A DNA stretch of 64,000 nt from Amoebophrya sp. A120 (lineage: Eukaryota; Protista; Dinoflagellata). Below the pieces are notes generated by a model that searched no databases, had not been told where the DNA came from, and saw only the letters and a program-made list of their open reading frames with translations. Where the stretch lies: NCBI GenBank assembly GCA_905178155.1, contig CAJINV010000002.1, positions 10,078,528 through 10,142,527 on the forward strand. The letters run 5' to 3'. Below are positions 1 to 11,659 of the stretch, piece after piece. The number at the start of each line of letters is the position of its first letter. The first letter of the stretch is position 1. The translations under genes and the position numbers were made by a program.

Positions 1-236
1 GTCTGGGTCTGGAAACTTGTGATGCTGAGTGGCGTAGCATGAGGAGGCCACAAGTGCTGGCTCAGCATGACAAATTTCTGAGCTTGTAGGTGTTACCCAT
101 TCTGCATGACAAACTGCGTCTCCGCATGAGAGAAAAATGCGGCTCTTGGGCAACGTGCATGACAGCTTTAAGAGTCATGCCAGACAAGCATGACAAACAT
201 GCATATTTCCAGACCCAGACATTTTAACATTTGATA
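1..236. mobile_element. Introner (family B), 5' end truncated by window edge
   Basis: Starts inside TIR GTCTGGGTCTGGAA and ends TTCCAGACCCAGACATTTTAACATTTGATA. Interior closely matches 18213-18464. Confidence 0.9.
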
Positions 237-352
237 AGGCGGAGCGGGAGGCGAAAGAGGAGACGCGGAGCAGCAGGCGCGGAACCCCCGCGTTGGCGCC
301 ACGCGCAACCCCGGATGAGGACGTTTTGTCTTCTAGCGACGAGAACAAATGA
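237..352 (+). CDS. Last exon of an upstream gene (unknown product)
   Basis: GC-rich open frame directly after the introner: AEREAKEETRSSRRGTPALAPRATPDEDVLSSSDENK*, TGA at 350-352. Confidence 0.55.
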
Positions 353-1342
353 TGACGATTGTTCGTAGACTGTTATGTAAGAGGTTGTGAGCCTCTTGAA
401 CTTGATCCCTGAGAATATTTTCGTCGACTTAGTTTGTTGAACTGGTCAACAGAGTTTTCCGTTAGTGACAAGGGAGGTGGAGTCCGAACTACACTGCAGG
501 TTTTTCCCGCACTGCTGTCATGTACTAGCAATCGGCTGCTCCGCGTCAGGAGTCAGGAGCAGCGTGTATATGACACATGACGAGAAGACTTAGTGCTCAG
601 TATGACGACGTGCCGACTCCTGTCGCGCGTCCATATGAAGTTCCACTGTTGTCACAAATGAAAGGAGGCATTACTGCGACTCAGCGAGCGAAGACTTTTG
701 TGGTTTCTTGTGCCAGAACAACACCTAACCCTCAGACCAGGAATGAATGGATGAAAAGGAGCCGACACAACGAGGAATCCTTCCGGAATTTGCGGATACG
801 ACTCTTAGCGAATATAGTAGGGGTTATTTTTTTTTTATACCACGACACAAAATGATATGTATAAAATTTATCAAAGACTTTCATACTTCTATGCGACAAA
901 CACCATTTTCATCTTTTGTCCGGATTTTGGAAACCTGACTGAATCAGCGGAAAACTTCCGGGTGCTGCCAATTGCGCAGCTAGGACTTTGCCGATGTGGC
1001 AGGTGGAGTAGAGTTTTGTTCTGTTTCTTTCCTGAACACGAAGCCTGAATTGTTTTCGATGCGAAAAAGGGTTCAGTTTTTACGAGGGACATATCAATCG
1101 ACGGAGACGATTACGTAATATTACGGCACATCATCTGCCGACAAACACAAAGGTATCACCTTCCTGAGCGACGGTTCTGAGTTGAGAAGATTTCAAATGT
1201 TTTTGGCTTCTGCTCTTGAAGCAGAAGGACAAGGACTCGGATTGTAGTAATTGAGTTTTTCGCTTTACCGGTTTATCGTACTGGTGTAGTTTCATTTGGT
1301 TTCGTTATCTTTTACTTACCAGCGCCAAAACAAACACAAAAG

Positions 1343-3891
1343 ATGGGTGAAGTTGTCCAAAGCTGTTTCCGCGGGCTTTGCCAAGCTGTTTGCGGCACGG
1401 AGATGGATGCTTCGGCCCCTTCGTCTGGTGCTAATGCGCCGAACGTCAAGTCGCTACGGGAGCTCGTTCACGAAGAAGTGAACAGTATGAAGACTGCCAC
1501 GTCGCCCGACCGGCGGCTACGCGCAACAAGCGACCGGGCGTCGCCTTCAGACGGCGGAAGGCCCGATCTGCCGAGCAGTCCTGCCGCAGGTATCAACAGT
1601 GTAGTACATGACAGCCAGGCGCCGTCGACTGCGAGTTCGCCTGAGAAGGCGGGTGACAGGAATATGATCCCAGGATCAAGTAGGAACTCGGTCAATCAGG
1701 CGATCAGCCTACAGTCGCTGCTTCTAAACCAGTGTCCGTCCCGCAAGCTGGATAGGTTCTACGATGTGACGAAGGCGGACAAGATTGGGGAGGGCGCGTT
1801 CGGGGAGGTGTTCAAGGTGCGGCACAAAATCACCGACCAGCTGCGAGTGGTGAAACGAATCAAATTGCAGGAGGAAGAGGACCTGTCCCAGGTGGCCAAG
1901 GAGCTTATGCAGCTTCGCAAATTATATGTGTTTTTTCTTGTCGCTCTAGCGTCTGCGTGCACGACTATCCGCAGGCAGTTCATGGCTTTTCTGCATGAGG
2001 TTTTTGCGATAAGCAGCCGTACTTTGCTCGCGTGGCTTAAGTGCGTCGAAAGGCTGCAGCTGCTGCATGAATATGAAATGTGAAGCCAAATCTTCTACAA
2101 CTAAAGAAACCACATATAATTTGTAGTGCATAGAGCTCTCCGTGGTGCTGAACCTGGACCACCCAAACGTGATCAAATGTTTTGACTGGTTCGAGGAGGA
2201 GCGCGTGCTGTACATCGTGTTCGAGCTGTGCGAGGGCGGGGAGTTGGTGGAGTTGCTGGTGCAGAACAAAACCTCCCACAACGCCGACAAAATGTTCGTA
2301 GAGGAGGACCAGCGACCCGCGCTGACCGACGTCATGGCACAGATCTTCACCGGCGTTGCCTACTGCCACGCGCTGCACATCGTGCACCGGGACCTGAAAC
2401 TTGAGAACTGCCTGCTGAAAAAGCGGTGGCGCCGCTCGTCCGTCACTTCTTCCTCGTCAGCAACGGGGGGCGCGAGCAGTGGTAGTGCTACACTACACAA
2501 TGCAGCTTCTGCTGCGTCCTCTTCTAGACCAGCCACGGTCGTGGCGAAAGACGAAAGAAGAGACAGCGCTGTCGGCACGTCGGGGCGGGTGGAACCGAGT
2601 TATACAGCGACTACCAATACCGTGAAGATCATCGACTTCGGGTTATCGGCGATCAATGCGAAGGGGAAAAAGAAGCTGAAGGCGCAACTAGGAACCCCGT
2701 TCTTCATCGCGCCGGAAGTGATCAACACCAAAGTGGACTACGGCGAGAAGTGCGACATCTGGGCGTGTGGCGTGATGCTGTACATCATGTTGACGGGCCA
2801 GCACCCGTTCTACACGCGGGAGTGCAACGCGAAGGGGAACCACAACCGGAAAAAGGGCACACAAAACCTGTTCCGCCGGGTCCAGTCCGAGCCGCCGCAC
2901 GCGAAACCGATGGAGGTGCTTTCTAGCGCGGCTCGGGCCCTGATAACCGCCTGCCTGCAAAAGGACCAGACGTTGCGCCCGAGCGCGGAGGAGTGCCTGC
3001 GCCACGAGTTCTTCGAGCGCGCGCGCCGGGCTTCGGCGGTGTCGCTGAACAGCAGTGGTGGGTCCTCGTCGCTGAGTCCGGGGATCATGCGGCGCGGGAC
3101 AACCAACAACTTCTCCGCCAACACGTGGGCACGCAACGCGATCGAGTTTTTACGCGCCGACAAGTTTTCCCGCATTTTTTTCGTGATCGCGGCCCACCAG
3201 GCCGCGCGAAAGGACGTCGAGGAGCTGCAGGAGGCCTTTCTGGCGGTGGACCAGGACCGGTCGGGTGTCTTGTCCAAGGCGGAGCTGCAGGAGGCGCTGT
3301 TTTTGGAGGACACCACGATCACGATGAGCGACACCGAGTTTGACGCGTTGTTTGAACAGCTGGACTATGGATTGCAAACATGTCTGGGTCTGGAAGAATA
3401 CAAACTTGCGATGCGCATTTCAGAACACAGAAAAAGCTCTCATGCATAGGTAGCAAAAGCTGCCCACTTTCTGTCACCAAAGTGGAGGATTTGTGATGCG
3501 GATTCGGCATTGCGGAAGCTTCTCGAAACCTGTGATGCTAGAGCTTCCATGCCAGACCTTCTGTGTCATGCAAAAACAGCATGACTCTTCACTTCCAGAC
3601 CCAGACATATTTGCATTTGATATGGACGCGGACGGCACGGGCACGGTCACCTACACCGAGTGGCTCGCCTCCGTCTTCGAAAGGAGCTTACTGAAGCAGG
3701 AAGAAACCATCCAGAAAGCCTTCCAGTATTTCGATCTGGACGCGTCCGGGGAAATCTCCTTTGAGGAGCTGTCCACGGTGTTGGGAAACGACGAGGAGGA
3801 GGCGGGGCGGATCCTGAAAAAGTTGGACACCAACAAAAGCAACAGCGTCTGCTACGAAGAGTTTAAGAAATTCGTTCTGGAATTGGCATGA
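1343..3891 (+). CDS. Calcium-dependent protein kinase (CDPK); exons 1343-1905, 2138-3365, 3628-3891
   Basis: Kinase motifs GEGAFG, HRDLKLEN, DFG and APE, then four EF hands (DQDRSGVLSKAE, DADGTGTVTYTE, DLDASGEISFEE, DTNKSNSVCYEE). N-terminal MG..C suggests acylation. Removing two introners gives KELSVVLNLDHP and QLDADGTG. Confidence 0.93.
1906..2132. mobile_element. Introner, TIR TATGCA..CAAATTATATGTG
   Basis: Direct repeat GAGCT/GAGCT. Ends CACATATAATTTGTAGTGCATA. Removal restores the kinase frame. Confidence 0.85.
3366..3622. mobile_element. Introner family A, forward orientation
   Basis: Direct repeat TGGAC/TGGAC. TGTCTGGGTCTGGAA...TTCCAGACCCAGACA TIRs. Splits an EF hand. Confidence 0.93.
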
Positions 3892-4446
3892 AAAATTTCA
3901 TCGACTCTGGAGCAGCATTTTTTACGCACACGTGGCCTCTACTCTAGTTCGTACAGTAGCATCAAGGGCAGCCTCATCTGCGGGGCCCTGTGGTTCTGCT
4001 GAGCCAGTTGCAGGGTCTTGGTGAGCAGTTCGGAAATTAGGTAAAACGCTGTAAGATTGTGAGCTAGTACACAGTTTCAGTTCTTCCAGATCTCTTACTA
4101 CTTCTTTTATATCGCGCGACATTCCAGGCTCGCTGCGGCGGGGGATGATTTCAAGCTACGCAGCAACACAGTGTGTTCCTGATCAACCTACTGCATCACT
4201 CTCATCTTGATCAGCATCTACTATGCCAGCAGCTGCTTCTATCCCTATCGTGAGTGTACGTATCCGCTTTTATTAGGCACTGTGGTGCAGATTGCGATTA
4301 GATACTTTTACGTGTGATCCTACCATCAGGCTTTCAGTTGTAATTTTTGCGTTTCACTCTCCGCTCCTATGCTTGCTGCGCGGTAGAGGTAAGTACAAGT
4401 AGCTCGCTTCCAATTTTTTTTATCACGCCGAAGAACATCTCAAAGC

Positions 4447-7041
4447 ATGGCTCGTTTACTTCCGAGGGGCAACACCACGGCGGCAGCGGGTCTTCACCCC
4501 CGCACTGCAGGTTTATTTTTGGCCGCTACCTGTTTATCCATTTTGACGCACACCACGCCCGCAGCTGCGGTGTACGACGGCTACGACGTCGACGAAGCGG
4601 CAGCAAAGATCGATCCTGTGGTCCACCAAATCGCTAAATCCTACGCTCTTCTGGAAGTGGAGACGGGGAACAATGAGGTCGGCATCTGTGGTGGCACAGT
4701 GATCTCCAAAACCGCGGCTCTGACCGCGGCGCACTGCGTGCAGAAGTTCGGAGTAGAGGCGGGTTCGCTGGCGAAGTGGGACCCGACCAAGACGCAAGAC
4801 GTGCAACGGCTCACCGTGTTTACCGGGTCGGACGTTTCTCGCTTGCCGAGCGACGAATTGCTGGAAATAGGAAGAAAGAGCACAAGAGGTCTTGTAGCAG
4901 CGAGAAGTGCGCAGGCAAACCGACTCGCTGCACTCCCGGACGTCCGCGTCTTGGTAAAAAAGCCGAGCCTGCAGGTCACCGAGTTTGACTTCCGGCGGGT
5001 TTTCGCGCAAACGAGAAGGCAGCAGCATTTTCCCCGGACTACTTCTCCCACAAGGGCAAGCGATGGGCGGGCAGCTGCAGCACACGTGGATGTTCCTGCG
5101 CCGACCGCAGATTATTTGCACTTTTTCGACAGTAGCTGGGTCAAGAGACCGAAGTGGAGCCACGTCGAGAAGCACCTGTCTAGTGACATGATGCACGACG
5201 CCTGCGACAAAAGTTTGGCCGCCTGTGGCCGGCGTTGCTGCAAGAGGAGAGGCTGTGAAAAACCTACGAAACAGCACCCGTATGTGTACGCCCTGCGGGA
5301 ACTGCTGCAGTCGCAAAGCGACGTGGCGGTACTGGACTTTTCTGCCTTCCACGCTGCGGGAATTTTTGAAGGGTTTTTCGAGGCCGACGCGGTCGCCGCG
5401 CCGGTCCTGGGTATGGAGGGTAGTTGCAGCGCGGATGGGTGTGACTTGACGTCTTCTACCGTGGCTGATTCTCGATGCGAAGAGGACGAAAAATGCGGTG
5501 GCGCGACCGATGAAGGAACCGTAGAATGCGATGAGGCCGCTCTGAGGGAAGAAGATGAAAACGAAGAGACATCGGAAGACGACGCTCCTGTCGCGGTATC
5601 GCTCGGTGACGCGCAAGCGGCAAACCTGCGCGAGGAAATCTTGCAGCGGCGAAAGCTTCTGTCACGTATAGGTCATTTGGACAAAAACACGGACGAGACT
5701 TTCTTGAACGGCCTCAAGCTGATCACGTTGGGTCATGGTCTGACGGAGAGAACAACGAATGACGTTCTCATGGACTACTCCACCGGCCGGGAAAAGAAAG
5801 CGCTCGGCCGGAGAAAGTCGAGCACAGAGCTGCGGTTTCGGGAGCTGGATGTTTCAAGATCGCTCGGAATTCTCGGACTATGCACTTGTGACGGCGAGCT
5901 TTTTTTCGAGCACTTTAAAAGTTTCTGGAAGGACTTGGGTTGGCGGTTCTTTTGTGCATCGGAAGAGGAGCTGCAGAGGCGGAGCGCGAATCTACACTTG
6001 AACGACGGCTGGACGAGGCATTTGGCCGCGGCGGGGAAAAGTGATGCATTCCCTATAACACACGCATTTCGCGCAAATTTGTTGCACCACGGGAAGAAGC
6101 TGGGTATTCCACCCTTCGAGGAGGCCGTACTGCATGGCCGAGCGTTGGACACACAGGCTGCACGGCTGACGGGCGCGGGCGACTCCGGGAGCGGACTGTT
6201 CATGGTGCTGCCGGACAAGTCTTTCTATCTCATTGGAATCACCAAGTCCAACACTATCGCCCCCTGCAAAAGTTATCAGCCGGCACACAAATGCCCGCAC
6301 GCGGACTTGCGTAATTTCCGCCCGTCCCAGGACACCGTGGAGCATTTGCGAAAATACCACCCGGGCACAGTACTGGACCAGTTCACAGACCTGCGCTGCG
6401 GGGTGTTTCAAGACTTTTTGCAACGCAAGCTCACCGAGATCCGAGCGCGCGAAGCCGAGCGCACGAAGGCTTTGGCACAGCAAAAGCGGATATTGGATGA
6501 GCTTGAGAGGGAAGAAGGCCTGTGGGTGGGCAAAACAGTAGAAGTTGAGAATTTACTATCGGAAAAGGGAAAATACCTCAATGGGCGGAGAGGGGTCGTG
6601 CTGAGGAGAACGGGTGGAAATAAAAGCGCAGCCGCGGTGAACAAGATGTCAGAAAATGATTTCGCTACAACTTCTTCCAGCGAAGACTCTCGTTCGCTAT
6701 CTAGTCGTTTCGATGTGCAGCTATTCTTGCCCGAGGAAGAGAAAAGGGCGTTCCATCAAGACTTTATGGCTAGTTCTGCAGTGCCGGCAGCATCACAGAC
6801 AAATCCACCACGTGTACTAGTCAACGTTTATGATGTGCTCGCACCTCCGGAGTCGGCCGCAAAAAAAAATCATAATGAGGTTGTTTCCATCAAGGTTGAG
6901 AATCTTAGAAATGTGGAGCCGAGTGCTGGGTCTGCTGGCAAGAACGATATCGATGGTGAAGAGGAAGTGGACGAAGAACTGCGGTGCCGGTTTCTGCGTT
7001 GCTGTCGCGTGCGAAAGAAGGGCGAGTGGAAATGCGATTAG
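4447..7041 (+). CDS. Secreted trypsin-like (S1) serine protease with long insertions, intronless
   Basis: CGGTVIS...LTAAHC (His), SDVAVL (Asp) and GDSGSG (Ser). Hydrophobic N-terminal segment GLFLAATCLSILTH. 864-aa ORF. Confidence 0.82.
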   Translation: MARLLPRGNTTAAAGLHPRTAGLFLAATCLSILTHTTPAAAVYDGYDVDEAAAKIDPVVHQIAKSYALLEVETGNNEVGICGGTVISKTAALTAAHCVQKFGVEAGSLAKWDPTKTQDVQRLTVFTGSDVSRLPSDELLEIGRKSTRGLVAARSAQANRLAALPDVRVLVKKPSLQVTEFDFRRVFAQTRRQQHFPRTTSPTRASDGRAAAAHVDVPAPTADYLHFFDSSWVKRPKWSHVEKHLSSDMMHDACDKSLAACGRRCCKRRGCEKPTKQHPYVYALRELLQSQSDVAVLDFSAFHAAGIFEGFFEADAVAAPVLGMEGSCSADGCDLTSSTVADSRCEEDEKCGGATDEGTVECDEAALREEDENEETSEDDAPVAVSLGDAQAANLREEILQRRKLLSRIGHLDKNTDETFLNGLKLITLGHGLTERTTNDVLMDYSTGREKKALGRRKSSTELRFRELDVSRSLGILGLCTCDGELFFEHFKSFWKDLGWRFFCASEEELQRRSANLHLNDGWTRHLAAAGKSDAFPITHAFRANLLHHGKKLGIPPFEEAVLHGRALDTQAARLTGAGDSGSGLFMVLPDKSFYLIGITKSNTIAPCKSYQPAHKCPHADLRNFRPSQDTVEHLRKYHPGTVLDQFTDLRCGVFQDFLQRKLTEIRAREAERTKALAQQKRILDELEREEGLWVGKTVEVENLLSEKGKYLNGRRGVVLRRTGGNKSAAAVNKMSENDFATTSSSEDSRSLSSRFDVQLFLPEEEKRAFHQDFMASSAVPAASQTNPPRVLVNVYDVLAPPESAAKKNHNEVVSIKVENLRNVEPSAGSAGKNDIDGEEEVDEELRCRFLRCCRVRKKGEWKCD

Positions 7042-7652
7042 AGAAGCGCTGGTGTCGTTCTCATACAGTCTCCTGTCGCCAAAATCAGGAGTGGCATCCT
7101 TGTACGATGAAAGTGAACATTCATGAAGACGAGCTTTGCTGAAGCGAGCACAAGATTTTTACATAACTAAACAACAGCATGCACAGCTGGAAGCGGAATC
7201 AACATGATGTACTTAGCTGATATTCTGTCAAGAAAAAGAGCGGACGAAACACCCATAAGTCATGTCTATATGCAAGACATCTTTTGTTCGAAGATTCTTC
7301 TATTGTCGACCCTGAGAGTAGGTCATCGTTGCGCGAGAGTTACTTACATTCTAGAGCGTCGATGGGAACTCGAATCGACGGGTTGTCAGAGCGAAAGAGA
7401 GATAGAGGGAACGAGAGTGTCGATGATTCGCTTATGCCGCTCTAGCACGTACTTTCCGTCATGATTCTGCGCCTTCATATCGGAGGCTCCCGCAACCATA
7501 TTTTCCTTCCTGTTTTTCCAACGTTTCTTGCAGGTTACGTTCAAGCTATTAAACAAAGACCTTTCATCCACAAAACATAGCCCAGAGGGTAGGAGCTTCT
7601 TGGTCGTTGTATAATACCCTAATCTGCTCCTGAAAGATAAGCCACTAGCACC

Positions 7653-10147
7653 ATGAGGCAGAAGCGCATGGAAGATCCCGCCGAGGTGCGGAGGAGGGAA
7701 GCGCTCGTACTGGCGGCAGCAAAAAGGATCGGCATTGACATAGCCACGGAAAAGCACATGATGTACCATTTTCTTTTACCGGAAGCTCACTGACATGCTT
7801 TTTTCATCGTTATATGAATGTCCACCTCGATCAATTGCAACAGTTGCAGCAGTTAATCTGCGAGCGAAAACAAGTGACTGCATTTTCAATGTAATGATCT
7901 TCAACATAGGTGGATCGCCGAATTCGCTTCACAAGCAGAGCTCCCACCGGAATGGCGAGAATTTCAAACTGAAGATGGGGAGACAGCGTATATCAACTTC
8001 TTCTTCTTTTTCCACTATTTTCGAGTTTCGTTTTGTTTTTTGCCGACAATACGACAAGATCCATTGCAGAGGTGTCTGTACCTGATGAGGCTGCGATGGT
8101 GCAGCTCGGTGAGGAAATGAAACAAAAGCAAAAGTAGAAATTTATCAAACCGAACAGGTATTACCACCCGGGGACCAAGTGCTTGTCCAAGACACACCCC
8201 GTGCTCGACAAATTCGAGGATTTTATCGTGCAGCAGCGGGATTTCGCAAAACACCACGACCCGGTGATCGCAACCATGTCTACCGACCAATTAGCAGCCA
8301 AGCTGGGCGTAGTACTGGACGGTGTGCTTAACCGATACAACAAAGGTACGAGTTTTTATTACGTTGTGAAGTTTTTTCGATATGATAGATCAGGCACGAA
8401 AAAAGCACCGTTGTTTTGCCAGCGCTGCCGCTGTGGGTGTGCATGTTGCTCCTTCTACGATCCGGACGCTGTGGTGGATGACCAGCAAGTGCTAGGTCTC
8501 TATGGTACTGCGAAAAAATAACACAGGTCTCCCGCCAGTCACACCAGAGATCGTGGAGAGCGTTGCCCTTTACTTCTGCGTACCAACCGAGAAGGAGCAC
8601 GGATTGGCACTGCAGATCCGAATGGCCTTAGAGGCGTACGTTGAGACGCAATACACATTAACGCTCATCACCCGGGACCTTGTGGACCCAATGGTAAATG
8701 AGATACGTGGTGGACGTGAGTTCTTGACTACAGTGCATTTTTTTTTCCTCATTCGCATTAGGACGCGACTGTGTATAAACTACTAAATCTTTTCGCCAAC
8801 TCATTATCCAGGGTTTCCTGAAGAACATGCGAAAGGACATTATCTCGCGTTGCGTGCTGCAGAAGGAGGATCCCGTGCTGATGTGCCAGGAGTGCGAGGA
8901 GCGGTCGGCGAAGCTGAAATGCGAGCAGTGCAAGGACTTTTTCTGCATGGATTGCTTTCAGCTCACGCACGCTATCGAATGTAAAAGTGTCTGGGTCTGG
9001 AAGAGTCATGCTGTTTTTGCATGACATAGAAGGTCTGACATGGACGCTCTAGCATTACAGGTTTCGAGAAGCTGCCGCAATGCCAAATTCGCATGACAAA
9101 TCTCTCACTTTGGTGGCAGAAAGCGGGCAGCTTTTGCTACCCATGCATGAGAGATTTTTCTGTGTTTTGAAATGCGCATCACAAGTTTGTATTCTTCCAG
9201 ACCCAGACATTTTTACATTTGATACACGCCACGGGGAAGCGAAAAAGCCACAAAACGCAGAACGTGGAGCAGATCGTCTGCGATCTGTGCGACAAGGTGC
9301 ACGCCGTCACCGTGTCTCTGGAGAACCACCAGCGCTTTTGCGACAATTGCTACCAGAAGAAGAGAAGAGACATGGTGGGACACAGAATGCGCGTTATCAA
9401 GGTATTTGGTACTTTGAGTTGTTTGATGGTGACGATGTGGGTAGTTCTTGTTCCGGTTATTTTTTACCGTAGTAGGGCTTAGCGCCGTCTGATCTGCCAC
9501 GAGCTCTGTTGCAGAATTGGAAAGTTACAACTGTCAAAGGACTTTGTGAGTACGTCGCGCGTGAACTTCTACCCGATCAATCACAAATAAAACAGGGCCT
9601 CCCGTGCTCCGAGTGCGCAGCGAACTTTGACGCGCAGGACATTAATGACACCGGGGAGAGCAATAACGACGATCCAGAAGACGACGCGAAATTTGGAAAC
9701 CGACAAGTGAAGCGAAAGCAGGCGGCGTCCATTTTGTGCGAGGACTGCTGCGATCTCTTCTGCTACGAATGCTTCGTGGAGATGCACAGAAAAGTACGAA
9801 TATCTAAATATGGTTGATTCTTTATTTTTGTATGACTTTCAGTTTCAAGTACTGTTGTGACTCCTAGCTATGCCGAAACCACGGGAAATTCGTTCTGTAA
9901 AAAGATGAAATTGAAAATTTTATCACAGGGCAAGCGGCTCCACCACGTGAGCCTGAGTATAAACGACGAGGGCCAGCTGATACGGCAGGGCGACGTGTTG
10001 CCACCGGAGGAGGGGCAGGCGCACCTCGACCGAGCACGGCTGACCGCCGAGGGCGGTGCCTACGTCGCGTTCCGGGACGACCAATTTAACACGTATTGGT
10101 ACCACTTCCGGGACAAAATCATCACTCACCAAAATCCGTACATGTGA
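7653..10147 (+). CDS. WW-domain + B-box zinc-finger protein (CEP164-like N-terminal WW, ZBBX-like B-boxes); multi-exon
   Basis: Spliced model reads IGIDIATEKHMMWIAEFASQAELPPEWREFQTEDGETAYYH (WW), CQECEERSAKLKCEQCKDFFCMDCFQLTH plus two further Cys/His clusters, and a C-terminal WW-like YWYH..NP. GT-AG introns include 7763-7909, 7988-8157, 8346-8526 and 9402-9595, plus one introner. Start codon uncertain. Confidence 0.72.
8973..9224. mobile_element. Introner family A, reverse orientation
   Basis: Direct repeat CACGC/CACGC. Interior is the reverse complement of 3366-3622. Removal gives LTHATGKRK. Confidence 0.93.
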
Positions 10148-11659
10148 GGAAATTGATGGCAGAAGTTACCGCAGGCATCGGATGAATCAATACTCAGAGT
10201 TTGGTGGAGAGAATAGTAAAGACACTGTACCTCGATAGGAAGAGCAGGCACTGCATCGACTGAGAATTTTTCCGAAGCGTGTCGGTACCTATGTATTCGA
10301 TCACACAGATTCCTCGCATGAATGCAAATGCAAGAAAAATTGTTACGTTTTGATAAAAATTTACTTCTCCTCAGTTGTTTTGTTACGAACTACTCTAGCA
10401 GACTCAGAAATCTAGCAGACTCAAAAATCGCAGACAAATTCAGACAGAAGCGAAGAAGGTTTGTTCGGTTGTTTTGACGTTGTAGTGCCAAGGGGCGGCC
10501 CCACCCCTTGCTGTGCGCAGCTTGTTCTAGGCAAGGGGCCCGCGGCGGCTCGTGGTACTGCATAGTACTAGGAGACACCAAGAAACCTCTTTTCCTTCCG
10601 CAGCAGACTCTTGTTTAATATTTGACAAAATTCACTCATTAGCAGACGAAAAAATAGCAGACTCGTCTCGAATAATGTTCTCATGTTCACAAGTTTAGAC
10701 TTAGATTCGAAATCGCAGACTGATAGGCCGAAAATCGCAGACTAATTTAGACACTTGCTACTCTTAGCAAGCGTTAGAAATGCAGTAGTAGATGTCTTCG
10801 CCAAAAAAGCTGCATTTAGGCAAGTACTAGGTTCGTCCCGACCTGGCTGCTGAGAGGTGGAACTTATTACTGGTGTAGGATATCCCTCTATCATCAGAAT
10901 GAAGAAAACAACCTGCATGATGGGCGCCTCTCGGAAGTAATGCCTCCGCACTTGTTTCTTGTTTGCAAACGAAAAAGCAGAATTCGTGTGTAACATGATT
11001 GCAAGCCTAATGTCAGAATGTATATTATCATCCAACTACTTGAAGCGGACGAACTTGCAGCAAAGTGCCCGCAAAACCCGAGCTGATATTGTTTCTATGC
11101 TAGCGACTGGACCAGAGCCAAGTCGCTCGTGTTACACCTGTACAAAGAAGAAAACTTACGAAGTGAAGATAATTTGAAGAAAATGAATACCGTCCAAGAC
11201 CACGTCGGCGACCGCTGAGTGGGACTGTCGCCCAAGATATTGGTGTTCCTCGTTTCTTAGGTCACATCTCGTTTGCGTTTTCGCTTTTTTGTTTCTTATC
11301 GAGGGATGTTTTTTCATTCGCGACGAGAAGCAAGCTTCCTGAGGAGTGAAGCCTAAGCCCGTGCTGTGATCGACCACGATCATCTTTGAGTGAGAGGTCT
11401 AGATGGAACGGGCATGGCCGTGATCATTTAGTTCTTGTGCAGGATCATCTTTCCCTTACCCCAGCCCCCTCGACCCCAATCTCAATACCAACGATAGAGC
11501 TACCGTAGAACCAGCTAAGCTGCTGATGACGCTTGTATTTTGATCCCTCGAGGCGTTATTCTCTGCCGTGTTGTAGAGGGGCTGTACTTCTGCAAAGTAG
11601 TGAAAATAAATTAACTAGTTCCCCCATGTTTTGATCCCCTGGTCTACTTGAATTGCAAG

